Source: Lama glama (Eukaryota). Taken from it: a stretch of 64,000 nt of DNA. Under the pieces are notes generated by a model. It did no database searches. It had not been told where the DNA came from and was given only the letters and a program-made list of their open reading frames with translations. The position numbers were made by a program, and so were the translations under genes. Of this stretch, positions 1-12,003 are shown piece after piece. How positions within the stretch are numbered: position 1 is the stretch's first letter; the number at the start of each line of letters is the position of its first letter. The DNA lies in contig CM052818.1 in the NCBI GenBank assembly GCA_028534125.1, positions 7,814,001-7,878,000 of the forward strand, written 5' to 3'.

Positions 1-699
1 TATACAGTGGTTTAAATTTAAATTCTGAACCCCCAGACATTTTGTAAAAAAGCCTCCCACTCTTTCAGAGCCTCTAGAAAGAATCTCACTTGGCAGATCA
101 CATGGAGTGAGGGGGAAAGATCATGGCTATGGAGAAGTTTCAAGTGTGCTTAGAAGGCTGTTGGCCTGTTTCTGAAGTATATTTATACATTTTAATATCT
201 GAAAAATCATTTTCTGTGTCTTTGTTTAATCCTTTTCTGCATAGCTTACTCCTGTGGAATTTTCCTTCAAGATGCATTATGTTGATACCTGTGTCGCTAG
301 AAATCTGTAACGTGGGTGGATAGATTTACAGATTAAACCTTTGCAGAGACTTGGGGGTGGGGAATCTAAAAGAGGATGAAGATGGGGGGCTGGGAAGGAG
401 TGTGTGTACAGGAATGAGTTGGAATGAGATGGATTGTAAACTAAGAAGCCTGGAAGCCAATTTTACACTGGTACTTTATGCTACCAACCAAGGATGATAT
501 AAATTCTCCCTATAATTTTCTCATTCCTTTCTACTTCCCAGTAGAAACATGAGAAAATTTAATTTACCCAGTTCTATGTCCTGGGATGTATAACACCCTT
601 GCCATATCTTTTTCTTTTTCTTTAGGTAGGAACATTCTATCAACACAAGGAAACAATGACTGCTGCCCTATTTCTAAGCACCCTCTTTGGTGCCTTTTT

Positions 700-760
700 A
701 GATGTAATGCTTGGCAGTGTCTGGTACACAGCAAGCACTCAATAAGTATATACTGAATGA
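700..760 (+). mobile_element. L2 LINE 3'-end fragment
   Basis: gtgtctggtacacagcaagcactcaataagtatatactgaatga resembles the L2 terminal motif cctggcacatagtaggtgctcaataaatatttgttgaatga. Confidence 0.6.
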
Positions 761-2939
761 CCTGTTTAGTGCCATTAAATCTTTTTAACTTGCAGGGTTG
801 TATCCTGTTCTCTGCTCTTTGAGAATAAATAAGATTAAATTTTCTATTTATATTTAGAAGTAAGAAATTTTTAAGTTTTAGTTATTTCCACCTAGAATGC
901 GAACTTGGGCCAAAGTATAAGAGTAATAGCAGCAAATGCGACATCCTGATGACTTTACAGTAAGCTTTGCTAACTACCCATTATGAGTATTATCCAAAAA
1001 GAGGTGGTTAGAAATTGCTAAAGTATGAAATAAGTGTACAGATCAGCAATGTGTGTGGTCTTTTATTTCTTTTTTCTTGTCTATCCTACCTACTTTCCCC
1101 ACACACAAGACAATAAAGCAATGCTGTTTTGGAGAACATGTCAGAGATGTAAAAATTTCTATGTCATGCCCAAAGTGTTTAGCCAAGAAACCAGGCAACA
1201 ATTATACACTAAACTGTTGCCCACATTCAATATTGGCTCCCATCTGTATCCATCTAAATCCTAGGCCACCCACTGAAAGAGAGCAAAGAGGGTACTGTTT
1301 CCTAGTCAGAAGTTGCCAATTATTGGCTAGACCTAACAATAAGGCATTTTGCTTGCATCAGAAGGGTTAACTGGAAAAATATATTAAATAATATCTGTGA
1401 AACAGACTCCAAATGAATAAGTAGTCTAAAAAAATGAATGGTGTTTCCAAATACTTGAGGAAGAGAAAGACCTCATTCTTTCCTGTTGCCAACACCCTGT
1501 TGTTAATGAATCAGGAAGTTTTCCGAAACAAGTTGTGAATTTAAATTATGACATATCCTTCCATTTGTTCATAGTATGATTTTTAAATTACATTTGAAGA
1601 TTATACAACTTTTATATCACAACAGTAGCAATTATTTTAAATAAGATATTCTTAAAAACAGGGTTATCTCACATTACAGATAATTATCTACAGAGTTGAT
1701 AAATCAATCTTCCAGGTAGTTCTAAAAGTCATCAGGCTCACAAGAATGCAGTTTAACCACAGCATGCATTATCTTGTTCGTGTTTATCAATAATTTCCCT
1801 CTGGGTTTTCCTTTGAAAGTTGCATGGAAGGCAGTTCTTTACTATGTTGTCTCCTGTTTCTCCTGTTCTGCATGTTGCTCAGAGGAGAGTGTTGATAAGA
1901 AATAGTGATGCACAAAGAATTGTTGTATTTCACTCATGTACCAAAGTACATCTGCAGATCCCCCCTTAATTATAAAGGGAGAGGAGTCATTTCCTTTAAT
2001 GAGTAGCCCAGGAATAACCATAAAGAAACACTCTGTAGTTTCTCAGGGTGTCTAATAAACGTAGATTGTTATGTAATCAGAATTTGGAAATACAGAAAAA
2101 GAAAAAACCTCATTAAGAAATTACATTATCTCTTACTAAACTCATAAGATAGAATAAACATTATTCTGCTTTTCTAAGGTGATATACACATAGATCATGA
2201 GGTTACTTATTCTTGTTGACTTTGAAATCCTCATAGGGAAGAGCTGTGACATAGAAAAGTATTCAATTTCATCCTATTTTTCCTTCTTCTTTCAAACATA
2301 TTAGAGATTCCCTGTCATGCATTCCATTAAATGTCTTTTGATAGTTTTCCAAACATCTCTGCCTCTGGTCTAGCTTATTAAATTTCCTGCCTGTGCTACC
2401 ACTGGGAAGGAAAGGATAAAGAACTTCTGTTCCCTAACTTAGTCTTAGGGAATTTAAGGATTTCACACCCACCACCCTAACTAAGTATTAAAGAGAAGAA
2501 CCTCAGGACTATTCTTTGGATAAGGATTAAATATTGGGTAATTATGTCATTAAAATGGGTAATATATTTAGAGAAAAGACCACAGGAAAAAATGAGGCAT
2601 TTTAATGTTAAGTTCTGGTACCATTTTGAGCTTTTAAAATTTTATTTCAATAAGGATGCATGCCTTAAAATAAAAAAGCTAACAAGTACCAAAATGCCCA
2701 TAATGCATAGTAGTGCTCTCCCACTCTGACCCTCTTTACTCCAACCCTGCACCCCAGCAGCAACCAGTTTTCTTCTGACAGTTGCCTCAATTATATCTGA
2801 TAGTTACTTCAAAATGCTTTTTTTTTTTTTTTACTATTTCTTTGCTTTCTGGATTTTAGGCATTTTATGTTTTGACTTCCTGTTATAATAGATGTACACT
2901 TTGCTCACTTACACCACCAGCCTTCTTTCCTCCATTGTA

Positions 2940-4110
2940 TTAGCTTCCTAAACTTCGAGCTGTATTTCCCAGCTATTTCCTTATCATGACACAGAAAGAA
3001 GATAATATTTGTCTGGCATCCTGGGGGTAACCTGGGGGGAATTCATAGACATCTTTATTGGACGTGGTGAAAAATTGCTTTTTAAATATATATAAAATTA
3101 TGAAAATAAAAATAAATGCAAAGTAATAAAGGAAATATTAAATATCAAATTTGTATAAAACTCTGAGATAAGGTCTTTTCACATTTTTGAATGAGAAATT
3201 TGAATTTGCCTGCATGAACATATCATTTTGATTAAGGTTATAGTCTTGAAATAGCTATACGTAGTTCCTGATCAAGACTTTCAACTGATAATCTCTTCAA
3301 ATTCTTGATATCAAGCTGTATAATTGCCCCCCAAAATATCCAGTTTTTAATCCCTGGGACCTGTAAGTGTTACCCTGTATGGTAACAGAGACTTTAAGCA
3401 TTTTCAAATGGAGAGATTACCCTGGTTTATTTGGGTAGGCCCTAAATGTAATCACAGGTGTCCTTATTAAATGTAGGCAGAGGGAGATTTGAAGACACAA
3501 GAAAAAAGTGTTGTGATGATGGAAACAGAGGGAGAAAATGTGACATGTTTCAAGGCTATGAGCTGAAGTATGAAGATGGCCTCCAGAAACTGGAAATGGC
3601 AAGGAAATGATTGTCCCCTAGAGCCTCCAAAGCGAGTGCAGCCCCTGCTAACACTGATTTCGGCTCAGAGAAATCCATTTCAGACTTTGGGCTTCCAGAA
3701 TTGTAAGAAAATAAATATATTGTTATAAACCACCCAGTTTGTGGTCATTTGTTTCCTCAGCAATAGGAAATGAGTACAGTCACCATTCATGAGAAACATT
3801 GCACAAATTAGTGATAAAAAAGAAAAAAATCATTTAAATCATTTCTTTTGCAACCATTCAGAAAAGTAGAATGGTTGAAATTCTGTTCAAAGACTGTAAC
3901 AGCCCTTTTTATTGATGAACAGAATGATGAAACTTGATGTGATAAGGCAAATGGATTTTAAATCCAACTGAACTTTTTTCTAGCAAGTATTTGAAAATAA
4001 TGATGAAGCTTTCATTTGTAAAACACACATGCATTGTTGGATCAGTCAGACCAAAACAACTTTGGATGCCATTAAAAGGTCACGTCAGCTGCAAACAATC
4101 AGAAGTATCT
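2940..4110 (-). mobile_element. hAT-Charlie DNA transposon remnant (transposase C-terminus), split by an MLT1 LTR
   Basis: Minus translation of 3300-3241 gives LKRLSVESLDQELRIAISRL, then after a frameshift IKMICSCRQIQISH, matching the Charlie/Buster transposase C-terminus. Compatible sequence resumes after the MLT1 at 3779. The 4110 boundary is uncertain. Confidence 0.7.
3317..3778 (+). mobile_element. MLT1D/MLT1C-like MaLR solo LTR
   Basis: TG...CA ends; ccctaaatgtaatcacaggtgtccttat, tcccctagagcctcca, cttccagaattgtaagaaaataaat and cagcaataggaaatgagtaca are MLT1 hallmarks. Confidence 0.9.
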
Positions 4111-4162
4111 GATGTCTGTGAAGTCAGAGTTTCAGAGCCATCAGAGTTGCTCTGTCCAGGAG

Positions 4163-4300
4163 CTCTATGCTGGCTGCAATGTGCTGAGCATAGCCAAGGA
4201 CGTATTCTACCATCTGGACATCTTCTTCAGCAGCCAACTGCCGAGCATACTACTACTCACCTTGGATAAGAAGCCTGGGGAACTACTGGACATGTTTCAT
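4163..4300 (+). pseudogene. INTS15: Decayed fragment of the INTS15 (C7orf26) N-terminal coding region
   Basis: NVLSIAKDVFYHLDIFFSSQLPSILLLTLDKKPGELLDMF aligns ungapped to human INTS15 DALSAAKEVLYHLDIYFSSQLQSAPLPIVDKGPVELLEEF (24/40 identical, reference recalled from memory). No cognate start codon, CpG-decay-type substitutions, and homology is lost after about 4300. Confidence 0.8.
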
Positions 4301-4950
4301 CATCCACTTCACCTGTGGAGGAGGCTCTACTCTTCTTGTGCCATCCTCTGATAAAGCCTGCAAGAAGCTGGAGGCAACCAACCCGGGGGTCCCAACTGCC
4401 TGCCCCAGGCCTGAAAGGCTTAATAACTTGGTTCACAGCTGTAGGCCATCCAAAGCATAGAATTAGAAAATTCTGGTCTATATTACCGCTCCCACCACTG
4501 CTGGGCAGCACACCAAGAAAATGAAAATTTGAAGCAGAGAGCTGTGCTGGGAGAAAGAGGCCATTCTCAATGATCAGTGACTTTCAAACAATTTTATAGA
4601 GAAAACGTTAGAGGTTGGCAAAGCTGCTGAAGTTCTGACTTTGCATGGATCTATATGGTAACAATTTACAACTAAGATTATTTGAATAATAGGAATACAT
4701 TTATTGAAGACTATTGTCTGAATTCGAGCATTACAGACAGATTCAGAGACGTTAAGTTGTTTGATATGTAAACCTTTCTAACACAAACCAGCATGGGATG
4801 GAGACCAGAAAAAGCCACAAATGGAATAACAGGATAATGAAAAAAAAAGGTTCCAGATAGACCAAAACTTTCCTTAAGCCATGTTAGCTTGAGGGTTTTA
4901 CCAGTTTCCTAGTGAGAAGGACTAAAATAATACTACTGGTTTGAAATTTT

Positions 4951-4985
4951 TGTGTGTGTGTATACACACACACATATGTGTGTGT
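4951..4985. repeat. Palindromic (TG)n-TA-(CA)n microsatellite
   Basis: tgtgtgtgtgtatacacacacaca (4951-4974) is a perfect 24-bp palindrome within an alternating purine/pyrimidine tract. Confidence 0.9.
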
Positions 4986-5332
4986 TGGTATGTGTCCATA
5001 TATTTATTTATAATTTATATCCTTTTTTATTCCAAACAAATTTGAGACCAAGACATGTATATTCTTAAGTAAGTTCATTGCTTAGTAAACTGGATATAGT
5101 ATAGTTCATTCTTTTGTGGAAATTCAGTTTTGTCATTCTCATCTAATCTTTTTTGTTGTCTGTAGATAGTCATGTTAAAGAACTCCTTCAGGTATAATGT
5201 TTTTTAATGGCTGTTTCTCAATATAATGAACTCCAATGATAACACTCTAGATTCTAGGATCCAGAGAGATTTACGAAGTAAGCAGAATTCCTTGTATAGA
5301 TAGGCGTACTATATTATATATGTTGTACAGAA

Positions 5333-5652
5333 CAGTTGACCCTTGAACAACATGGCGGCGGGGGCTGACCCCACCTGTGCAGTGGAAAATCCAGCTACTG
5401 GTATCTCTGCCTCAAAATCAAAGGAACTGATAAATAATTCATCCAAGGGCAGGAAGCTGAAGCAGTTTAGATAGGATCAGGACTGAAACACTAGTTCTGA
5501 GGATTCCGCCTATTGTGATCTCTAACTGGACACCAGCTTTTCCCCACACTTAGTTAAAGATCTGTAAAATGAAGATACAGGTACTGTATTTATTGAAGAA
5601 AAATCACCTATTAGTGGATCCCACAATTCAAACCCATGTTGTTAAAGGATCC
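5333..5652. mobile_element. TcMar-Tigger2-family non-autonomous element
   Basis: Left end cagttgacccttgaacaac; right end ttcaaacccatgttgttaaaggatc is the degenerate reverse complement of the Tigger2 terminus. Confidence 0.8.
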
Positions 5653-5789
5653 TTGGATGAAAAAGCACTGAAGTCCCTTCAGAAGAATCCCTACAAATAT
5701 GTACCATCATCCAACAGTTTTTTTTGTTTGTTCATTTTAATTTATTAGTATTTTTTTCTGTTTCAGGTTCTCATGACAATATTGGTTTC

Positions 5790-5985
5790 TAGGGAGGCAG
5801 AAGAGTATATTGGAAAAAGCAGATTTTGGAAAATAACCTCTGTTTTATTCTGAGTTGTGCCACTTAGAACCTGAAAACCCTGGGTGAATTACTTGGTTAA
5901 CTCTATAAGCCTTAGTTTCCTTACCTAAAGATGAGAATAACAGCTAATATCCTGTCTTGCCTCCTACAGAGTTATCATGAAGATC
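5790..5985 (+). mobile_element. MIR SINE
   Basis: Core gccactta...ccctgggtgaattactt...aactctataagccttagtttccttacctaaagatgagaataa. Confidence 0.75.
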
Positions 5986-6099
5986 ATCTCACCCAGTGTT
6001 GGGAGAGTATGAGTAATGATGATTTCACCTGATGATTTCCTGTATTGCCTTGCTGTAACATTAATCTTGATATTGTTATTACTTATTAAATATATGTTT

Positions 6100-6210
6100 T
6101 ACCTCACAGACTGTAAGCTCTTTGAGAGCAAGGACCATCTCTATCTTGGATCCTCAGAACATATCACAGTCTTTGGCACATGAGAGGCACTCAAATTTGT
6201 TGAATGAATT
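6100..6210 (+). mobile_element. L2 3' end
   Basis: agactgtaagctctttgagagcaaggacc...tggcacatgagaggcactcaaatttgttgaatgaat. Confidence 0.8.
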
Positions 6211-6377
6211 ATCAAATGAGATATTTATGAATGAGCTTTAAAAGCTATAGAATGTTTTATAGGTGTACATTAGAGTTTTCCCATTATTTCTTCAGGAAAC
6301 ATGTTTTGGATGGCAAATAGTCAACTTATAAATTTACTTTCAGAACACTAAAGGAGACATTTTGAAACAAGTTTTGT

Positions 6378-6886
6378 TGTAGAGTGTTTGCAAAGATGAC
6401 CACAATTCTTCCCATCCCTGTGTCCTGTTCCTTTGCAATGTGACTTTGTCATTCCTCCCATTAAGAGATGGAGTCTTTCCCCTGATATTGTTGAGTCTGC
6501 ATTGGTCTGGTGACTTTCTTTGATCAATACAATGAGGCAGAAATGATGTGTGACATACAAACCGTAGCCTCAAGTAGCTTTTCAGCTTTTAGTCTCCTCT
6601 GTTGGAATGCTGCCCTTATACCACTGTATGAAGAAGCCCATTCTAAGCTACTGGAAAATGACAACCCACATGAAGTAGAAACAAGTTTTTCCAGTTGAGG
6701 TCCCCTAGACCAACCAGCATTGTCAGACATGTGTTGGAGCCCACTGTGGGCTCTCTAGCTCTAGTCAGACTGCCTGATGAGTCATACTGGTCACATGAGT
6801 GACACAGATGAGACCAGGAGAAGAATTGCCCAGCTGAGCTATATCCAGTACTATGTATTGTTACACAGTACAAGGTAACTGATAGA
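6378..6886 (+). mobile_element. MLT1H/G-like MaLR LTR
   Basis: gcaaagatgaccacaattcttcccatccctgtgtc...ctttgcaatgtgacttt...agaagaattgcccagctgagc...taactgata. Confidence 0.85.
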
Positions 6887-7149
6887 CCCATAAATGTAGT
6901 GTCAAGGAAAAATTAAACCACGCTCATTGACTATGTTTAGCCCCAGAACTGGCCTTAATCTTTGCATACTGGGGTTGTGTTTTTCAGCCCACTTATTTCT
7001 TACCTCTAAACTCTTCTCCAAATTTTCAGAAGAGATTTCCTTTGATCACTTTTCTTGTTAAATCAATGTCCCTACACTTGGAGATCTGCTTTTCTGCAGA
7101 TCCTTTAAGTGGAAAAAGATAGGGTTTAAATTTTAAAATATATTTTTAA

Positions 7150-7570
7150 ACATAATTAAAATATATTGCTTCGAAGATGCATTGTGTATACAAGGATATT
7201 TCTTGCAAAGATATAACTCAAATGCACTAATAAGGAAGTAGTTAAAATATAATAATTATATTTTAAATCAGTATCAAAAGATACTGTCAGTCATTAAAAG
7301 ATGGTAGTATATATACTAACATGGAAAAATAGTCTTTAAGTGGGGAGAAAAATCAGAAAAACTGTAAAAATACAGTTTTTATAAACTTTTATAAAAAGAT
7401 TTGCTTGCTTGTTTGTTATTTAAGACAATAAAAATACACAAAATGTTAATGGTTGCTTCTGGGTGATGAGGTTATGGACAAATTTTATCTTTTTGATTAT
7501 TTTCATTTGCTATTACTTCTACTATGAACAGGTATTACTTGGGTAATAAAAATAAAAGCTATGTTTAAAA
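7150..7570 (+). mobile_element. Ancient L1 (L1ME/MC-type) 3' UTR
   Basis: aaatgttaatggttgcttctgggtgatgaggttatgg...actatgaacaggtattacttgggtaataaaaataaa. Confidence 0.65.
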
Positions 7571-7977
7571 TACAGACCTACCCAACAACAAAGAAAACTC
7601 ATATTTCCAGCACTAGTATTAATCAACGTAGTCCTTCATTCATGAATACAGAAAATCAAGAATCATCAGCTATTTAAAGAAAAGCAACTGCATCAAAGAG
7701 AGGAACAATGATAAAACAGAAAATTTAAACATGAAGATTAATTCAAAGAATTAAAAATACTACATACATTTAAAAGACAACACGCTATATAAAAAAAGGC
7801 AGAGTACAAGAAATAATGCTTGGGAATTAAAAATGTGATTGCCAAAATCAAACCATTTGATAGAGGGTTGAAAGGTAAAATCCAAAAAATTCCTAAAAAT
7901 ACAGCAAAGAGACATGGAGAATATGAGAGAAAAGTTATGACATGTGGTGTATCAATTCAGAAATTTCATTATCCACC

Positions 7978-9131
7978 TGTGTTCATTTTATTCAACTGTT
8001 GGTACTAGTTGTGTCACAAACGTGAAACTTCTTTTTTTTTTTTTCTAAATACTTCCTTCAAACATGATCTGTCCAATTGCCCTTTCCTGCCTCTTGAAGA
8101 CACACACTGGGCAGATTACATAGTTTGTGGGTTACTTTTGGCTGTTAAGATTTAGTAGTTTAGTGTGAAGTGCCGATTTCATATTCTGCTTAAATTTCAC
8201 TTTCCCATTCCCCCCTCATTTTTGCTCAGGCTTTACCTGTGGATCCAGGAACCTGCAGTTGGAGAAGAAGCATGGCCTGCATTTTCACTTCTCTTTCCTC
8301 TCCTTCTAGTGGTAGTTTCTCAGGAGTTGGGAGACTGGAGCAAAAATGGGGAAGAGTGATAAGTATCTCTTTAGTTGACTAAAAGAGTTCTTTTACAGTT
8401 CAGGTAGTTTTTTGTTGGTTGTTCCTCATTCACTTCTATGTGGCAGAGATGCAAATGCTAGGTTTCTAATGCAGCATATATATGATTTGTGGGGCCAGAA
8501 GGAGTGCTTTGAGAACTTTCAGCTATGTGGTTCCCTGACCTGGGAGATCTGGTGCAAACTTGACTTCTTTTAACCTACCTCAGCTCTTAAAACTGATAAT
8601 TCACCCCACAGACGCTTGCTACAAGGATCCCCTTACCTAAATTCTGCTCTCTTAAGTGGGACGTTAGCAAAATGACTTAAACCCTGCTCCTTTCCAAGGA
8701 GTTATTTGGCCAATGAGAAACTCCTACTTCCTTGCCACACCGAGGGGTCTGATCACACTTCTCTGCTTCCTACTTTCCACCCTCCCATCTCTCTTATTTC
8801 TCCTTTCCCCACTTAAGGTAGTACTGGGCAGATCAATAAGAAGGCTACCTAAAATATATCCAACAGTTGAAGTTGATGTTGCTCCTCCCTTCTTGTGAGA
8901 AGTGATTTTCAGTCTTCAGACCATTTCTGTTTTCACTATTTTTCCTCAATCTTCTAGGCATTGACACTGGGGATAAATGGGGAAGGGGTTTGGGGTTGCC
9001 AGCAGCAAACCTCTAATTATTGAAACTTTCTCTTTAAACTGAGAGATACGTAACACCTCTTTGTTCTCAGGTTGACATATCACCAACTCTGGGGCAATGG
9101 ATAAATCCCACTCAAATCCTACGATGTATCA
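7978..9131. mobile_element. Ancient ~1.15-kb LTR-like insertion (possibly LTR78-like)
   Basis: TG...CA-bounded block of different composition interrupting the ORF1-like element; family assignment is tentative. Confidence 0.4.
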
Positions 9132-9299
9132 AAAAGAGGTTCCAGGAAACAGAACAGAAACAATTGAAGGGATGGAAATAAATAGTAAATGATGATGTGA
9201 AGACAAATACATTTTCAGATGAAATGTGTTCGTGAAGAATAAAACTGGATGACTTAAACCATTTTCTTTTTTAAATTCTTATGCAATTTCAGAGCACAG

Positions 9300-10590
9300 T
9301 TTCATTCATTTATTCATTCAACAAATATTCATTGAACACCTACATAAACCAGGCACTAGCAGGCTGTAGGCTTATAATAAACTTGATTGAGAAGTTCCTG
9401 ACCTAATTAGGGGTGGCTGACTATAAACAAGTAAATAAAATAATAATTACTTAAAAATTGCAGATTGAATGAAAAGCCATGAATGAAATAAACTGAGTGC
9501 TGTGACCCAGAACAAGAGGGAGCATTAATATGGTGAAGGGGTCAAGAAAAGCCTCTCTGGGAGGTGGCATTTAGATTGCTATCTGTGGGAGCTCAAATCC
9601 AACCCACACTGTGCTCTCCAGAAGGGTATCTTTTCCTCATTCACAGAGTCCGTGTATAGGTTAACATGGAGGCTCTGCACATTTTAGCCAAAATCTGAAG
9701 GATAAAAAGGAGTCAGCCATATAAAGACCTGAGGAGAAAGTGTGCCTGATAGACTGGCAAGTGCAGACGCTCTGAGATAGAAGAGCACTGTGCATTCCAG
9801 GAGACGACAGGAGGCTGGAGTGAGGAAACAAATGAGTGGACAGTGGCGAGAGGCAAGAAATGAGTGGAGAAGTAGGAAGGAATCAAGCATGCAGGGCTGG
9901 GTGTATAGATTTGGAATTTTATCCTAAATGCTTGAAAAGCCGTTTGGTCATTTAAAGTAGGAAACTGATATGATCTGGTTTACACTTTTTTAAAAAGAGG
10001 ATAGAGCTATATTCTGAAGGTAGAAATAACAGGAATTGATGATGAATCGGATGAAGAGGGAGGAGTGATGTGGACTGAATGAAAGGGAAGACGAGGATGA
10101 CAGTTCATCATAGCACCAGCTATTGAGATATAAAGCCTGAGGGAGATCCAGATTTAGAGACAGAAATTCATTTTGGAATGCTTAGTTTGAAATAACTATG
10201 AGACAAGAGGGATGTCAAGCTGATAGTTGTGAATTTGGAGCTTAGCAAGGAAGTCTAGCCTACTGATGTAAATTTAGGAATTGTCAGCAGATAGTTTTTA
10301 AAGCATAAGAACTGATATAAGATCATATATATATAGGGAGAAGACATAGAGAATAGGAAAGTAGATATAGAAACTCCAACATTAAGAGTTCACATAGAAA
10401 AAGGGAAAATGTGAAGGAGGATGAGCAAGAGTAGCCAATTATTTAAGAAAACCAGCATAATGTGTTGTATAAAGCTTAGAGAGGACAGTATCAGAAAAGG
10501 CGAATTATGAGAGTTTAATTAAACTGAGCACAGAAAAGAGAGATTAGCCAAATAGAGGTTGTCAGTTACCTTTACAAGTGTGATAGGGAG
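9300..10590 (-). mobile_element. L2 LINE (L2a-like), ~1.3 kb
   Basis: ttcattcatttattcattcaacaaatattcattgaacacctac start; later ttggaattttatcctaaatg, tgatatgatctggtttacac and atgtaaatttaggaattgtcagc are L2 antisense motifs. Confidence 0.85.
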
Positions 10591-11817
10591 ATTGAAAAAG
10601 ATTGAAGTTTGCCATTTATCTTATTGGCAGCATTGATTATTAGAAGACAGTAGAGCAATACCTATAAAGTTCTAAGGGAAAATTAATTCTAAACCTAGAT
10701 TTCTACAGACAGACAAAATATCTAAGGAATAGGACAAATTTGGGACTTTTTCACTTTTTTAACCTCTTATTCACCTTTCCAGAAAAAGAAAAACTGCTTA
10801 AGGAAATATTCTAGCAAAATGAAGAGAACTCAAGAAAGAAACATGGGAAACCAATAATAGGATCTGCTCCAGGAGTGCAGTAAAAAGATATTTCAGCACA
10901 AGTATTTAGACTTCCTAAGTAATCAGTAGTAATAAGAACAGGAAGTTAAAAGGATTTCAGAAGAATATCTTTAAGAAAAAGTAAATTCATTTTATGAAAT
11001 GGCATGATTTAAAACCTTGATAATTTTAATAAGGTAATATATCTTTTTCCATCATTAACCAAAGAGAGACAGAATCCTTAGTAGTAAGGCAAAAAATTGT
11101 GTAAGCTGTGGTCCAAAGAGGAAACAAACTGTTGACATTATTATGAGTAATCAATGATCATATTAAAAAAAAAGAGAGAATCCATTTGACATTGACATCT
11201 AGAGTATTCTCCTTCAATGAGTTTAGATGTAGTTATATGGTTTACATTTCCCTTTTTACAAGTACATTCATATATACTATTTGATTCAGTAGTATAGTAA
11301 GATTTACAAAAGTTTACTACTGAAAAAACTTCACTTTTCAAAATATATCTAAAGACAAAGTGCAGAAGACTTAATTATTCTAACAGTAAATATTGTCCTA
11401 AGTATTGGCATTGTAAAAGTAGTGGTACAGCCAATGAAAGTTGGGAAATGGAGGGGAGTGAATGTAAATGTATTAATCTTACATAATGGAGGACTCGAGA
11501 CGCTTTCTGAAGTGTGGGTGGACACTTTCTAAGGGTAGATCAAGAAATAGAGGTTTAGAGGTTTAAGTATATTCTTTAAAGCAGTAAAGTAACAAATAAA
11601 ACTTAATGTACTATAATAAAAATTGTAAAGAGAAGTTAGGAGAAGAAAATGGAGAGTAATGCAATTAAGCTAAATTCTTATTGTTTATTTACAAAGTGTG
11701 GAATCAATTTTAAAATGTCAGGAATTGAACCAAAAAGTGGCAGTATATGAATATTTTTTTCAACTATGGAGGTGACTATCAAAAGTACTAAAAATAGTTT
11801 GATGTAATTACCTCAGG

Positions 11818-12003
11818 GCAGTGTTTTTCTAACTGTGGGAGTGAAATCAGTTTAGTGGCTTACAACCTACATTAGAAGAAGAGATAAACAAAAGTATGAG
11901 TAAGTAAAATTGGTGAAACTTTTTCCATCTGTGTGTGTGTGTATGTGTGTGTGTGTGTGTAAAATGTGTTTCTTACTTGGATCCTTGTCAACAAACTGCT
12001 CTA
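11818..12003. mobile_element. hAT-Charlie MITE (MER112/MER103-like) containing a (TG)n microsatellite at 11930-11960
   Basis: cagtgtttttctaactgt...gtgaaatcagtttagtggcttacaacc...aaactgctctag. Confidence 0.55.

Noticed and set aside
1315..1327. GCCAAT-T-ATTGGC inverted CCAAT palindrome
   Set aside because: A 6-bp-arm palindrome is expected many times by chance in 64 kb; no other promoter support
4600..5191. Plus-strand candidate exons 4600-4657 (xKTLEVGKAAEVLTLHGSIx) and 5166-5191 (xSHVKELLQ)
   Set aside because: Donors are weak (gtaaca, gtataa), joining them creates a TGA stop, and neither peptide is recognisable
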